NCBI GenBank assembly: GCA_963716925.1
Contig: CAVQUX010000015.1
Span: forward strand, 426,964 to 490,963
From: an uncultured Acidobacteriota bacterium
Lineage (GTDB): Bacteria > Acidobacteriota > Vicinamibacteria > Marinacidobacterales > SMYC01
Direction: 5' to 3'
DNA: 64,000 bases
Below the pieces are notes generated by a model that saw only the letters and a program-made list of their open reading frames with translations, was not told the origin of the DNA and did not search any database. Made by a program: the position numbers and the translations under genes. Shown piece by piece: positions 29,060-39,184 of this stretch; the first letter of the stretch is position 1, and the number at the start of each line of letters is the position of its first letter.

Positions 29060-29152
29060 GGATGCCTCCTTCCGAGGGTTTCCAGGTCTGGCTGGGGGCG
29101 GCCCTCGGGTCCGTCCCACACCCAAAGTCCCCTATTCTCAATATTCACAGAG

Positions 29153-29167
29153 GCAAGAACCGTTCCA
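29153..29167 (-). promoter_or_regulatory. Sigma-54 promoter upstream of hsp20
   Basis: Minus strand TGGAACGGTTCTTGC with exact GG-N10-GC spacing. Confidence 0.6.
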
Positions 29168-29411
29168 GAAGTGCCCCGACGTAACCCCTTCCTCGTTTGG
29201 CAGTTCGCGCGAGGGGTCCGATGAGGAGCGCGCTAGAGCACGCAGGCGTTGGGGCAAACGACCCGCCCGGACCGCCCTCGACACCGGAGAGGGGTCGACG
29301 ACGCGCAGCGACTTGTCACTGACCGGGGGTGTGTTTTTCCGGTTCTAGCCGCACTCCGGAGCACACCAGTTCAGCGCCAAGATCCCCTGTGAAGACGAGG
29401 AATCCGCCCTT

Positions 29412-31553
29412 TCAGTGGTGAGTCGGTTTTTTCTCGTCCTCGGGACCAGGAAGCGCCATCGCCGCCAGGCCGTCCTCGAGCTGGACGAGCACGTACTGTC
29501 TGCCGTTGTGCACCCAGCTCGACATGCCATACCCCGTCTCGCCGGGAATCTTGACGGCCCCCAGGCGCTCGCCCGTGCGTTTGTCGATGCCGAAGAGGTT
29601 CCAGGTCCCGTCGCTGGTTTGCCCGGCGGTGATGAGCAAGGTCGGGGTCACCACCATCACCGGAAATCCGCGGCGACCGGGGTTGGTCGGGACACCGGGT
29701 ACACCCTGGAGCAGCGGATGATTCTTGATGGCTTCCTGGTCTTCCGGGTCTGCATCGCCGTTGGGAACTACCCAGAGATGCTCGCCGGTGTTCATGTCGA
29801 TGGCGGTGATGCGTCCCACGGGACCCTTCCAGATGGACAGACCGTCCAACTTCGCCTGGTCCGGGCGAGTCGGCCCGCGGCGCCTTGCCGCAGGCCCCGC
29901 CGCGCGGGACCACTCGGAGTGCGTCGTGCCCGTCGGCCTGGTCTCGGTGTCTCGCGGGGAATCCTTTCCGTGCATGAGGGTGTACGTCGAGCAGCCGTCG
30001 CTCGATGCGACGTAGATCACGCCCGTCAACGGGTCGGCCACTGCGGGACTGTAGATGTTGGCGCCGCCGCCCCCTCCCGGACACGCGAGTCCGGCGCCCG
30101 CCCAGTTGGCTTCCTGGCTATCGAAGACGACAGGCGGGTTGAACAACGGCACGAAGAGGTTGTTTGCCTTGGCGTAGTCGAGCACCTTCTGCCGGATCTC
30201 GGGCGAGTAGTCGATCAAGTCTTTTTCCTGCCGTCCCTGCAGCTCGAACGGCGCCGGTTTGGTGGGGAAGGGTTGGGTGGGCGACAGCTTCTCGCCGGGG
30301 ACGCTCGACGCGGGAACGGGCTTCTCGGGGATGGGCCAGATCGGCTCTCCCGTCTCGCGGTTCAGCGCGTACAGGAACCCCTGCTTGGTGGCCTGGAAGA
30401 CGCCCTTGATCTTCTTCCCGTTGACGGTGACGTCCATCAGGACCGGAGCCGTGGGCGTGTCGTAGTTCCAGATGTCGTGATGGACGAACTGGTAGTGCCA
30501 CTTTCGCTTGCCGGTCTGGACGTCGAGCGCGATCAAGCTGGTGCCGAAGAGGCCGTCCCCCGGACGAAAGCCTCCGTAGTAGTCGATGGTGCCGCCATTG
30601 GTCGGAATGTAGACAAGTCCAAGCTCCGGGTCGGCCGACATCGGCGCCCAGGACGAGACGTCCCCCGACCATTTCCAGGCGTCGTTCTCCCAGGTCTCGT
30701 GTCCGAATTCTCCGGGACGCGGAATGACGTGAAACTTCCACTTGAACGCCCCGGTGCGGGCGTCGTAGGCGAGGATGTCTCCGGGGACCATTTCCTTTCG
30801 GGTCTGTTCGTAGCCCTGCTCGGCGGAGTTTCCCACCACCACCACACCGTTGACCACGATCGGCGGTGAGGAACTGGTGATGTACCCGATCTCGAGGGGA
30901 ATCCCCTGGTAGGGGTCATAGGGTTTTTTCCAGTTCTGCCACTGACCCCAGTCCTGGATCAGATCCCACACGAGGTCGATGGAACCCGACTTCGGAAACC
31001 CGGGGATGCCCACGGGCTTGCCCCAATTCTCGAGGGGCTGTCCCGTGTCGGCGTCGAGAGCGTGCAGAAAGAAGGCCGGCGTCGTGATGTACACCACCCC
31101 GCGCCCGTCGATCTCGGCGTAGGCGATCCCTTTCCCGTAGCCCTTCCGCATCGAGTACTCGTAGCGGAAGGTCTTGGGCTCGGTGAAGCTCCACAGCAGC
31201 TCTCCCGTGGCCGGGTCGAGGGCGATGACGTGCCGGCGTTCGCCGGTGACCGTGATCAGCTTGCCATCCACATAGCTGGGAGTCGCACGGGGGGTGCTGG
31301 GGCCGAAGCTTCCGGCGTCGAACCGCCAGGCGACCTTGAGGTCCTTGAAGTTGGACGCGTTGATCTGATCGGCCGGCGTATACCGCGTATGCCACGCATC
31401 CCCCCCCAGGAAGGTCCATCGCCCCTCCTGGGTTCCTGGCCCCTGAGCCTTGCTCGTCATGGGCAGGCAAACGAGCCCGCCGAGTGCTAGCGTGAGCCGA
31501 AGCAAGGTTGGCAGGTGCATAGACCGCCCGCGCTGGTCGTTACCCATATTCAT
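29412..31553 (-). CDS. PQQ-dependent (glucose/quinate-type) dehydrogenase
   Basis: [37 protein letters not shown] and [11 protein letters not shown]. Confidence 0.9.
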   Translation of the reverse strand: MNMGNDQRGRSMHLPTLLRLTLALGGLVCLPMTSKAQGPGTQEGRWTFLGGDAWHTRYTPADQINASNFKDLKVAWRFDAGSFGPSTPRATPSYVDGKLITVTGERRHVIALDPATGELLWSFTEPKTFRYEYSMRKGYGKGIAYAEIDGRGVVYITTPAFFLHALDADTGQPLENWGKPVGIPGFPKSGSIDLVWDLIQDWGQWQNWKKPYDPYQGIPLEIGYITSSSPPIVVNGVVVVGNSAEQGYEQTRKEMVPGDILAYDARTGAFKWKFHVIPRPGEFGHETWENDAWKWSGDVSSWAPMSADPELGLVYIPTNGGTIDYYGGFRPGDGLFGTSLIALDVQTGKRKWHYQFVHHDIWNYDTPTAPVLMDVTVNGKKIKGVFQATKQGFLYALNRETGEPIWPIPEKPVPASSVPGEKLSPTQPFPTKPAPFELQGRQEKDLIDYSPEIRQKVLDYAKANNLFVPLFNPPVVFDSQEANWAGAGLACPGGGGGANIYSPAVADPLTGVIYVASSDGCSTYTLMHGKDSPRDTETRPTGTTHSEWSRAAGPAARRRGPTRPDQAKLDGLSIWKGPVGRITAIDMNTGEHLWVVPNGDADPEDQEAIKNHPLLQGVPGVPTNPGRRGFPVMVVTPTLLITAGQTSDGTWNLFGIDKRTGERLGAVKIPGETGYGMSSWVHNGRQYVLVQLEDGLAAMALPGPEDEKKPTHH

Positions 31554-31775
31554 CTTCCCTTCACTCCGAAAGAGCTCGAGCCGAGAAACGGCACAGCCCA
31601 CGGTGTGGCGCCACCGTACGGCATCCGATGTAGCTCGAGATCGACTACCGGCCCAAAGAATCTCACAGAATCCCAATAATATCCGAACAGCCGGAACGGA
31701 GGGGCATTGTATCGCGATGACTCCCGCCGTTCGAGCCCTTTGGGGATGGCTACGACCAGGAGCGATCGAGCCCGC

Positions 31776-34442
31776 TCAGTCCAGGTGGAGAGTGGTCTTG
31801 GGGTCCAATCCCGCCGCCCGGCGCGCGGGCACGGCGCAGGCGAGGAGCACCGTCGCCGTCGAGATCGCGACGGCTACGAGAATCGCGCCCGGCTCCGAGG
31901 GAGAGGTCTCGAACAGCACCGTCGTCAGGAACCGCCCTCCGACGATCGCGCCCACGACACCGAGAAAGCCGCCCGCCATCGCGAGCCGAAGACCGCCTCC
32001 GAGGACGAGAGCGAGGATGCTGCTCCGATCGGCTCCGAGCGCCATGCGGAGTCCCATCTCGCGCTGTCTCTGGCTGACGCTCTGGGCGACGACCCCGTAG
32101 AGACCGATTCCGGCGAGAAGGAGAGCGACGGCCCCGAAGACCGTCATGACCACGGCGCTGAAGCGATCGTGCGCGAGGGAGCTCCCCGCGAGCTCCGACA
32201 TCGTCTGAAGGCTGTGAACGGGCTCGCTCGCGTCGATCGCGAGAACGGTGGAGCGCACGACGGGGGCGAGCTCCAAAGGCGACGAGCCCGGAGCCACTCG
32301 AATCACGAGGTTCATCGGAAGGTACGGGTTTTGCGCGTGGGGGATGTAGGCCTCGGGCGCGGGTCGGCTGCGGTATCCATCGAACCGGGTGTCGCCGGCG
32401 ACGCCTACGACTTCGTACGCGGCGTGATAATCCTGATAATCCAGGATCAGCCGCCTTCCAACGGGGCTCTCCCCGGGCCAGGTGCTCCGGGCCATCGTCT
32501 CGTTGACGATCAGGACCCTGGGTTTGGTGCGGTCGTCGCGTTCGTCGAAGAGGCGTCCTTCGAGAAGGGGAATGCGCATCGTCTCGAAGTAGCCGATCGT
32601 GGTCATCCTCAGCCGCACCCCCGGGCCGCCACCCTCCGGTCTCGGCTCTCCGTCGCGCCAGAACGGCCGATCGAAATCGACGTCGACCGAGTCCATCGGG
32701 AGCGCCGTAGACCCCCCGGCGGCCTCGACACCGGGAAGCGAGCGGATCTCGGAAAGAAGCGCCGTGTAATAAGGATGCGCGCCCCCCTTTCGGTACTTGT
32801 CGTCGTCGAGACGCATCCGAACCACGAGGAGATTCTCGGGGTCGAACCCGGGATCGACGCTGAGGACGCGGGTGAAGCTTCGCAGGAACAGCATCGTTCC
32901 CACGAGAAGGACGACGGAGAGAGCGATCTCGGAAACCACGAGTGCGCTTTGAAGCCGAAGACGCCGCCGGTCGAGGGAGACGACGCCTCCCGAACCCTTG
33001 AGGCTCTCGGATGGGGCGGAGGTCGCGCTCTGGAACGCGGGCGCGATCCCGCTCAGGACTCCGGCGGCGGCGGATGCGACGAGCGCGAACGAAAGGACCT
33101 GCCCATCGAGTACGGTCTCCTCGATGCGGAAGATGCCTCCCGGCTGCAATCGAACCAGGAGCTCCACCGCCGCCCAGGCGATCGCGACCCCGGCGAAACC
33201 CCCTGCGAGCGCCAGAAGCACGCTTTCGAAGAGCAGCTGCCGAGCCAGCCTCCCGCGGGAGGCGCCGAGAGCGGTTCGGACGGCGAGCTCGCGGCTGCGG
33301 GCGGAGGAGCGCACGAGGAGGAGACCGGCGACGTTGGCGCAGGCGAGGAGCAGCAGGAAGAGAACTGCGCCCGCGAGAACGAGGAGCGCCGGTTCTGCAG
33401 TTCCCACGAGAACTTCTCGAACCGGCACGAGAGCGACGCTCCAGCCTCGATTGGTCGCGGGATGCGCCGCCGCGAGGGCTCTGGCGATGGCCTCGATCTC
33501 CTCCTGCGCTTCGGGCAGTGAGACTCCAGGTGTGATGCGCGCCGCCGCCTCCAGGAAGCGCCAGTCGCGAGGAGGGCCGGAATGATGTGCGTAGTCCCGC
33601 TCGAAGTCCCACGGCTTGAAGAGCTGCACTTCGCCCTGGAGCGTCCCTGGAGTGCGGAACGACGCGGGCATCACCCCGAGGACGCGCCACGAAGCATCCT
33701 TGAAGCGGACGTCCCGCCCGACGATCGACTCCTCCCCTCCGAAGCGCCGCTGCCAGAGCTCGTAGCTCAGGAGCGCGACCCGTTCTCCCGAGGCCACCTC
33801 GGCGGGCCCGAACGTACGGCCGAGCAGGGGCGCGACTCCGATCGCCGCGAAGAAATCGGCGGTGACCATGGCGCTCGGGACTTCCTCGGCGTCGTTTCCG
33901 GAATCCCCGAGAATCGTCGTGTGCTCGATCCACCAGGCCGCGACTTCCGAGAGGCTCCGGCTCTCGCGCCGCCAGTCGAGGACGTTCGCGGGGGAGGGTC
34001 CATGCCGTTCACCGGCCTCTTCCTGCACCTCGAAGAGATAGACGAGTCTCTCCGGCTCGGGATAGGGGAGGGGGCGAAGGAGCACCGCCTCGATCACGCT
34101 GAAGAGCGCGGTCGCGGCGCCGATCCCGACGGCGAAGGTGATGGAGGCGGTGAGAACGAAACCCGGCCGCTTCACGAGGCCGCGAACGGCCTGACGGAAA
34201 TCCTGCGAGAAGGAATCCCAGCGCCAGGCCTCCCGCAGATGCCAGAGGGCGTGGGGGACCGCCCCTCCGCTCCGCCGAAGGAGCCGGAGCGCGTCGCGGG
34301 TATCCACGTCGCGCTGAAGTCGATGGGTGAGCTCCGCCTCCCATTCCTGCACCCAACGCGCGCGCTCGTCCCGCGGGACCAGGAGCGACGCCGTCCGCAC
34401 CAGCGCCCGGGTGAGGTCGACGAGGAGACGCTCCGGCCGCAC
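31776..34442 (-). CDS. ADOP-type duplicated ABC permease
   Basis: LLLACANVAGLLL..RSRELAVRTALGA, RQREMGLRMALGA and PARRAAGLDP. Confidence 0.93.
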   Translation of the reverse strand: MRPERLLVDLTRALVRTASLLVPRDERARWVQEWEAELTHRLQRDVDTRDALRLLRRSGGAVPHALWHLREAWRWDSFSQDFRQAVRGLVKRPGFVLTASITFAVGIGAATALFSVIEAVLLRPLPYPEPERLVYLFEVQEEAGERHGPSPANVLDWRRESRSLSEVAAWWIEHTTILGDSGNDAEEVPSAMVTADFFAAIGVAPLLGRTFGPAEVASGERVALLSYELWQRRFGGEESIVGRDVRFKDASWRVLGVMPASFRTPGTLQGEVQLFKPWDFERDYAHHSGPPRDWRFLEAAARITPGVSLPEAQEEIEAIARALAAAHPATNRGWSVALVPVREVLVGTAEPALLVLAGAVLFLLLLACANVAGLLLVRSSARSRELAVRTALGASRGRLARQLLFESVLLALAGGFAGVAIAWAAVELLVRLQPGGIFRIEETVLDGQVLSFALVASAAAGVLSGIAPAFQSATSAPSESLKGSGGVVSLDRRRLRLQSALVVSEIALSVVLLVGTMLFLRSFTRVLSVDPGFDPENLLVVRMRLDDDKYRKGGAHPYYTALLSEIRSLPGVEAAGGSTALPMDSVDVDFDRPFWRDGEPRPEGGGPGVRLRMTTIGYFETMRIPLLEGRLFDERDDRTKPRVLIVNETMARSTWPGESPVGRRLILDYQDYHAAYEVVGVAGDTRFDGYRSRPAPEAYIPHAQNPYLPMNLVIRVAPGSSPLELAPVVRSTVLAIDASEPVHSLQTMSELAGSSLAHDRFSAVVMTVFGAVALLLAGIGLYGVVAQSVSQRQREMGLRMALGADRSSILALVLGGGLRLAMAGGFLGVVGAIVGGRFLTTVLFETSPSEPGAILVAVAISTATVLLACAVPARRAAGLDPKTTLHLD

Positions 34443-34444
34443 GG

Positions 34445-34765
34445 TTACCTCGGCTCTTTGACGACCTTCGCGAGCGAGCGCGCGAGGTCCTTGTAATGAT
34501 CGAGGGCTTCGGCGAGCCGCTCCCGGCCTTCGGAGGTGACCTCGTAGTAGCGGCGGGGAGGCCGCTTCTCCTTCTGAGCGATGCGCGCGTTCTCCCAGCG
34601 GGACTGCACCAGCCCGTCGCGCTCCAGGCGGGAGAGAGCCGGGTAGACGGTGCCGCTCGGAAGCTCCGTCTCGTCCATGATGTCGAAGCCGTGGCCGACT
34701 CCGCGGGCCACCGCCTCCAGGATCTGGATCTGCACGTTCCCCAGAGCTCGCTGCCGCCGTTTCAT
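34445..34765 (-). CDS. PadR family regulator
   Basis: HGFDI...GTVYPALSRLE..GL...W...RRYYEVT; directly upstream of the ADOP gene. Confidence 0.93.
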   Translation of the reverse strand: MKRRQRALGNVQIQILEAVARGVGHGFDIMDETELPSGTVYPALSRLERDGLVQSRWENARIAQKEKRPPRRYYEVTSEGRERLAEALDHYKDLARSLAKVVKEPR

Positions 34766-34776
34766 CGCTACCTATG

Positions 34777-34791
34777 TAGACTATATATCTA
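34777..34791. promoter_or_regulatory. AT-rich imperfect palindrome, candidate PadR operator
   Basis: tagactatatatcta about 12 bp upstream of the padR start. Confidence 0.45.
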
Positions 34792-34817
34792 GACGACCGC
34801 TCCCGGCAACGGAAAAA

Positions 34818-36686
34818 TTACCCGGAGGGCTTCGGCTTTCGCGGGCGTCCTCCCGGGGGGCGCTCCGAGATCTTGCGGTCGGCGTAGGCGGCGACTTCCA
34901 CCACCTGCTCGAGCGGCTCCTCGAGCCTCGGATCCTGGCTCGAGCGGAGCACGACCTCTTTCGCGAAGAGGAGAGCCAGGTAGCGGAGCTTCGTCGCCGG
35001 CCTCGCCGAGCTCGCCCGGTAGTCCGGGTGGCCGCTGTTGACCTGCCAGCGGCCGTCGTGAAGGCGCGAGCGCCAGGAGGCGCCGGGAGCGTCGACGAGC
35101 TCGGGCTCGGGAATCCCCTCGTTCGCGCTCGAGGGGAGGGTCTCCACGACCGCGACCGGCGCCGCCGCCGAGGCTTCGTTTCCGGTCGCGCGCTCCCTCG
35201 CGTGGACGGAAAGAATCCCTTCCCCGGGGGAGTCGGACGCGGCGACAACGACGCGGCCGGGATCGTTGCGGACGCTTCCGACCGGCCCCCAAATCTGCCA
35301 GGCGAAATCGACGCCCTCGACGATCTTCCTCCCGGAGGCATCCCTCGCGTTCGCGCGGACGATCCTCTCGCCACCGGTCTCGACTACGACGCGAGTCGGC
35401 GAGATCGACACCGTCGCGAGTGGGCCCGGAGGAAAGAGCTCCGCGGTGTCGGCTCCGGACTCGCCGGGCGCTACGTCTTCCTCGGCGGGCTCGGCGGAAG
35501 CGTCCTCGCCCGGTGCGGCGCCGTCGACGCCCGCACCCTCTGTCTTCTTCTCCGTCGGGAGCATGGTGTAGCTCGGCCTCTTCCGATAGAAGTCGCGGAA
35601 CGCCCTCTGCAGATCCCGAATGAGGTTCTGATCGATCGTCTCCGCGCGCTCGCGGTCCTTCGTCTCCAGGATCGAAATCAGGAGCGGCTCGACCCGGAGG
35701 AGCGCCTGCGCGAACGCATGGGCCATCTCGTCGGGAACGACGCCGCGCCGGCTTCCGGGCGCGACGCGGAGCTCGGGGAAATCCACCATCCCGGTGAGGC
35801 GGGTGTCCGTCCAGGGCTCGCGATCGAGGCCGATCGCCGAAAGCTCGGAGAAGCTCTCGGTCACCAGGGTTCCCGCCGCATAGACCGCGAGCGGCCGGGC
35901 GGCGTCTCCGTTGGAGAGATCCCCCGCGAGGTAAATCTCGAGCTTCACCGGAGCGTGGCCGGGGATCGCGATCGTGCCCAGTCCCTCGAGACGCTCTCCG
36001 AGAAACCGGGGCGGCTTGACCCGGAGCTTCTTGGGGGAGCGGCCCCGGGCCATCTTGTCCTCGATGGTCACTTCGACCGGACGCATCAGAAGCTGTCCGC
36101 GCAGCTCCGACGCCAGGTAGTCGGCCGCCCTGCGGGCGCCGACCGCGGTCGACGCCTCCTTCGCCAGGCCGACGACCACGACCTCCGTGAAGCGATCCTC
36201 GAAAGCCAGCTTTCCGCGGAGAGGCTCGATCTTGTACTGGGGCCGATCGCGATAGAGGACGAGCCGGAAGGCCTTCTGACCCGGCATCGAGGTGCGAATC
36301 TCGAGCATCGCTCCCAGGCTCCAGAAGCCGAGAAGGCCGATCCCGTACTGGCCCTGGGTCATCAGCTGAAGCCGCTCCCTCGGGGTGAGGGAGCGCTTGC
36401 GGCTGTGCCCGATATGGGTCGCGATGTAGCGAAGGGCGTCGGGCCTCTCGAGCTCGGGAATCACGCCCTCGCCATCGTCCTGGATCTTCAGGCAGGGAAT
36501 GCCCTTCTCGCGTACGCGAACGAGACGGACGTGGCGGGCGTTCGCGTCCAGGCTGTTCTGGACGAGCTCCGCGAGCGCTTTTCTCGGATCGGGCTGGCTC
36601 AGGGCGAGCCAGCGCACGAGCTCGAACGGATCGTGGACGCGCACCTGCCCTTCCTCGACGGCGGATTCTCGCGGCTTCCTCGCCAC
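34818..36686 (-). CDS. GHKL (MORC/Hsp90-like) ATPase with internal Ig-like domain
   Basis: ALAELVQNSLDA, IQDDGEG, HSRKR and GQYGIG; later VSISP..ARDASG...FAW and VNSGHPDY. Confidence 0.85.
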   Translation of the reverse strand: MARKPRESAVEEGQVRVHDPFELVRWLALSQPDPRKALAELVQNSLDANARHVRLVRVREKGIPCLKIQDDGEGVIPELERPDALRYIATHIGHSRKRSLTPRERLQLMTQGQYGIGLLGFWSLGAMLEIRTSMPGQKAFRLVLYRDRPQYKIEPLRGKLAFEDRFTEVVVVGLAKEASTAVGARRAADYLASELRGQLLMRPVEVTIEDKMARGRSPKKLRVKPPRFLGERLEGLGTIAIPGHAPVKLEIYLAGDLSNGDAARPLAVYAAGTLVTESFSELSAIGLDREPWTDTRLTGMVDFPELRVAPGSRRGVVPDEMAHAFAQALLRVEPLLISILETKDRERAETIDQNLIRDLQRAFRDFYRKRPSYTMLPTEKKTEGAGVDGAAPGEDASAEPAEEDVAPGESGADTAELFPPGPLATVSISPTRVVVETGGERIVRANARDASGRKIVEGVDFAWQIWGPVGSVRNDPGRVVVAASDSPGEGILSVHARERATGNEASAAAPVAVVETLPSSANEGIPEPELVDAPGASWRSRLHDGRWQVNSGHPDYRASSARPATKLRYLALLFAKEVVLRSSQDPRLEEPLEQVVEVAAYADRKISERPPGGRPRKPKPSG

Positions 36687-36761
36687 GGCGGAACCTTAGC
36701 ACAGCCTCTCGAGAGCCTCCCCCTTGCGGCGGCGGCCGGAAACACGTTAGCTTCCCCGCTC

Positions 36762-37730
36762 ATGCGGAGTTTCTTCTTAATAATGTTGATGTCTTCGAGC
36801 GCCCTCGCCGGCCAGGATCGAACCTATCGCTACCTGCACCTCGACGTGTTCACCGACCAGGTGCTCACCGGGAATCAGCTCGCGGTGTTTCTCGCGCCTG
36901 CGGGTCTGAGCGCCGAGGAGATGCAGCTCATCGCCCGCGAGATGAACTTCTCGGAGAGCACGTTCGTGCTTCCCCCGGAAGCCCAGGGGACCGACTTCCG
37001 GGTGCGCATCTTCACGCCGAGAAGCGAGCTCGACTTCGCCGGCCATCCCACCATCGGGACCGCGTTCGCGCTCGCGCGCGCGGGAAAGATCGCGCCCTTG
37101 CAGAAACGCGTGGTTCTCGGGGAGGGAATCGGTCCCGTGCCCGTCGATCTGGAGTGGAAGGGGCGGGAGCTCGACTTCGCCTGGATGTACCAGCTCGAGC
37201 CCACGTTCGGGAAGACCATCGAGGACCTGGGAGCGGTGGCGACGGCGCTCGGAGTCGAAGCCAAGGACGTCGAGGCGTCGGGCCTCCCGGTGCAGGAAGT
37301 CTCCTGCGGAGCGACGTTCCTCTTCGTTCCCATGGCCACCCGTGCCGCCGTGGATCGCGCCGCTCTCGACCGCGCCGCGATGGGAAGCCTTCTCGAAAAA
37401 CTCGAAATGCAGCGCCGCGGCGTCTTCATCTTCTCGAAAGAGCCGGGCGGTGACGACGCCACCGTCTACAGCCGCATGCTCAGCTTCGGGGGAAACGAGG
37501 ATCCGGCGACGGGGAGCGCGAGCGGTCCCCTGGGCTCCTATCTCGTGCACCACGGCGTCGTTCCCAGGGAAAAGGCGGGCGCGATCCTGAGCCGCCAGGG
37601 TGTTGCGATGGGCCGCCCGAGCCGGGTCCACGTCGCAATCGGTCTGGAGGGAGACGCCATCAAGGAAGTTCGCGTCGGAGGCGCTTCCGTTTTCGTGGGC
37701 GAGGGCACGATAGAGCTCGGCTCGCGTTGA
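36762..37730 (+). CDS. PhzF family isomerase/epimerase
   Basis: DVFT..GNQLAV, EMNFSESTF, RIFTP.ELDFAGHPT and EDPATGSA. Confidence 0.93.
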   Translation: MRSFFLIMLMSSSALAGQDRTYRYLHLDVFTDQVLTGNQLAVFLAPAGLSAEEMQLIAREMNFSESTFVLPPEAQGTDFRVRIFTPRSELDFAGHPTIGTAFALARAGKIAPLQKRVVLGEGIGPVPVDLEWKGRELDFAWMYQLEPTFGKTIEDLGAVATALGVEAKDVEASGLPVQEVSCGATFLFVPMATRAAVDRAALDRAAMGSLLEKLEMQRRGVFIFSKEPGGDDATVYSRMLSFGGNEDPATGSASGPLGSYLVHHGVVPREKAGAILSRQGVAMGRPSRVHVAIGLEGDAIKEVRVGGASVFVGEGTIELGSR

Positions 37731-37794
37731 GCTCGACGATCGAACGTCCCGTGTGACGCCGGTCACCACCTGGCGTCAAGCGTCGTGGTAAACC

Positions 37795-39168
37795 ATGAGG
37801 GTCCCGGGAAAATCACGTCCGCATTTCGGAAGGACGAAACTCTTGAAGAGCTATTGGCGTTACGTCCTGTTCTCGATGCTCGGAGCCGCGGGACCCCTGG
37901 CGGCGCAACTCGCCGCGCAGGTTCCGTCGCCCTTCGAGTCCGACGCAGTGCAATTGCGCCGGCCATCGCGGCCCGTGCTCCAGTCGCCGTTCGGGATCAT
38001 TACCACGCCCCAACCGAGCTACGTCTGGACCGCGGTGAGCACGGCCACGGACTATCTCCTCCGGGTCAACGGACCGTCGGGCAAGGTCACGGAGGAATCG
38101 TACGAAGCGGCCGCAGTCTGCTCGGGCTCCACCTGTGCGGTAGCGCCCGCCACGACTCTCGCGAGCGGCGCTCATACCTGGTGGGTGCGGGCGTCGAACG
38201 AGGCGGGTGTCGGGTGGCCGAGCGCCCGCGGCAAATTCACCGTGCAGCCCCAGGCAGGCACCGACGCCTACTTCCCGCCCGGAGCCGTCTGGTATCAGGA
38301 CGTGAGCGGCGCCGCCCTCGACCCGCAGTCGAGCCAGGTCATCTCCTGGCTCCAGGGCGCGGGCGGCTGGGGCCTCGGGCGGATGCAGATCGATTTCTCC
38401 ATCGAGGTCTTGACCGCGAGCGCCGGAACTCCTCTGCGTTCCTTCATTCCCACGCAGGATCACTTCAGTCCGGATTGCGACGTCGCTCCCGTACCCCTGC
38501 CGCCGGGAGGCGCCCTCGAAGGAGAGAGCGGCTACGAGTGCGCGAGCGACGGAGACTGCCATCTCATCGTGGTCCAGAGGTCGGCGAACCGCCTCTACGA
38601 GATGTGGCGGGCCAACGTGATCGGGGACGCGTTCTTCGGGGGATGTCTCGCGGTCTGGGACATGGCGCGGGTCTACGGACCCGGAGGCCGCGGCGAGAAC
38701 TGCACCAGCGCGGACGCCGCCGGCTATCCCATAGCACCGCTCCTTTTCAGCGCCGACGAAGTCGCCCGGGGCGAGATCCCGCACGCCATCCGCTTCATTC
38801 TTCCCAACAGCCGAATCCGCGACGGTGTCTACGTCCATCCCGCCACCCATTCGACCGGGGCCGCGAGCGGTCCGTCCTCCTCGCCTCCCTATGGAGCGCG
38901 ATTCCGCCTTCGTTCCGACTTCCCGCTGAACACGCTTCCGAACGAAGCCGCCCGGGTAGTCGCCCGGGCGCTCCAGCGCTACGGCATGTTCCTCGCCGAC
39001 GGAGGCAACGTCGCGCTGACCGCCCAGAGCGATCGCTTCACCGCCGCCAAGTGGACGGGACTCCTCGGCGCGCGCGATCTCCAGGCGATCCAGGTGAGCG
39101 ATTTTCAGATGATCGACGGCGGAGCGCGCATCCCGTACACCGGAGACTGCATCCGCATCCAGGACTAG
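37795..39168 (+). CDS. Secreted hypothetical protein (FN3/Ig-like N-domain plus conserved DGDCH/YEMW/HAIRF domain)
   Basis: Signal-like region; WWVRASNEAG; SADAAG; YGMFLADGG. Confidence 0.75.
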   Translation: MRVPGKSRPHFGRTKLLKSYWRYVLFSMLGAAGPLAAQLAAQVPSPFESDAVQLRRPSRPVLQSPFGIITTPQPSYVWTAVSTATDYLLRVNGPSGKVTEESYEAAAVCSGSTCAVAPATTLASGAHTWWVRASNEAGVGWPSARGKFTVQPQAGTDAYFPPGAVWYQDVSGAALDPQSSQVISWLQGAGGWGLGRMQIDFSIEVLTASAGTPLRSFIPTQDHFSPDCDVAPVPLPPGGALEGESGYECASDGDCHLIVVQRSANRLYEMWRANVIGDAFFGGCLAVWDMARVYGPGGRGENCTSADAAGYPIAPLLFSADEVARGEIPHAIRFILPNSRIRDGVYVHPATHSTGAASGPSSSPPYGARFRLRSDFPLNTLPNEAARVVARALQRYGMFLADGGNVALTAQSDRFTAAKWTGLLGARDLQAIQVSDFQMIDGGARIPYTGDCIRIQD

Positions 39169-39184
39169 ACCAGATCGGCCCGCA

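Noticed and set aside
34650-36761. N-terminal 704 aa of the 1026-aa ORF as a PhzF fusion
   Set aside because: Antisense to the GHKL and padR genes; PhzF begins at about 36762
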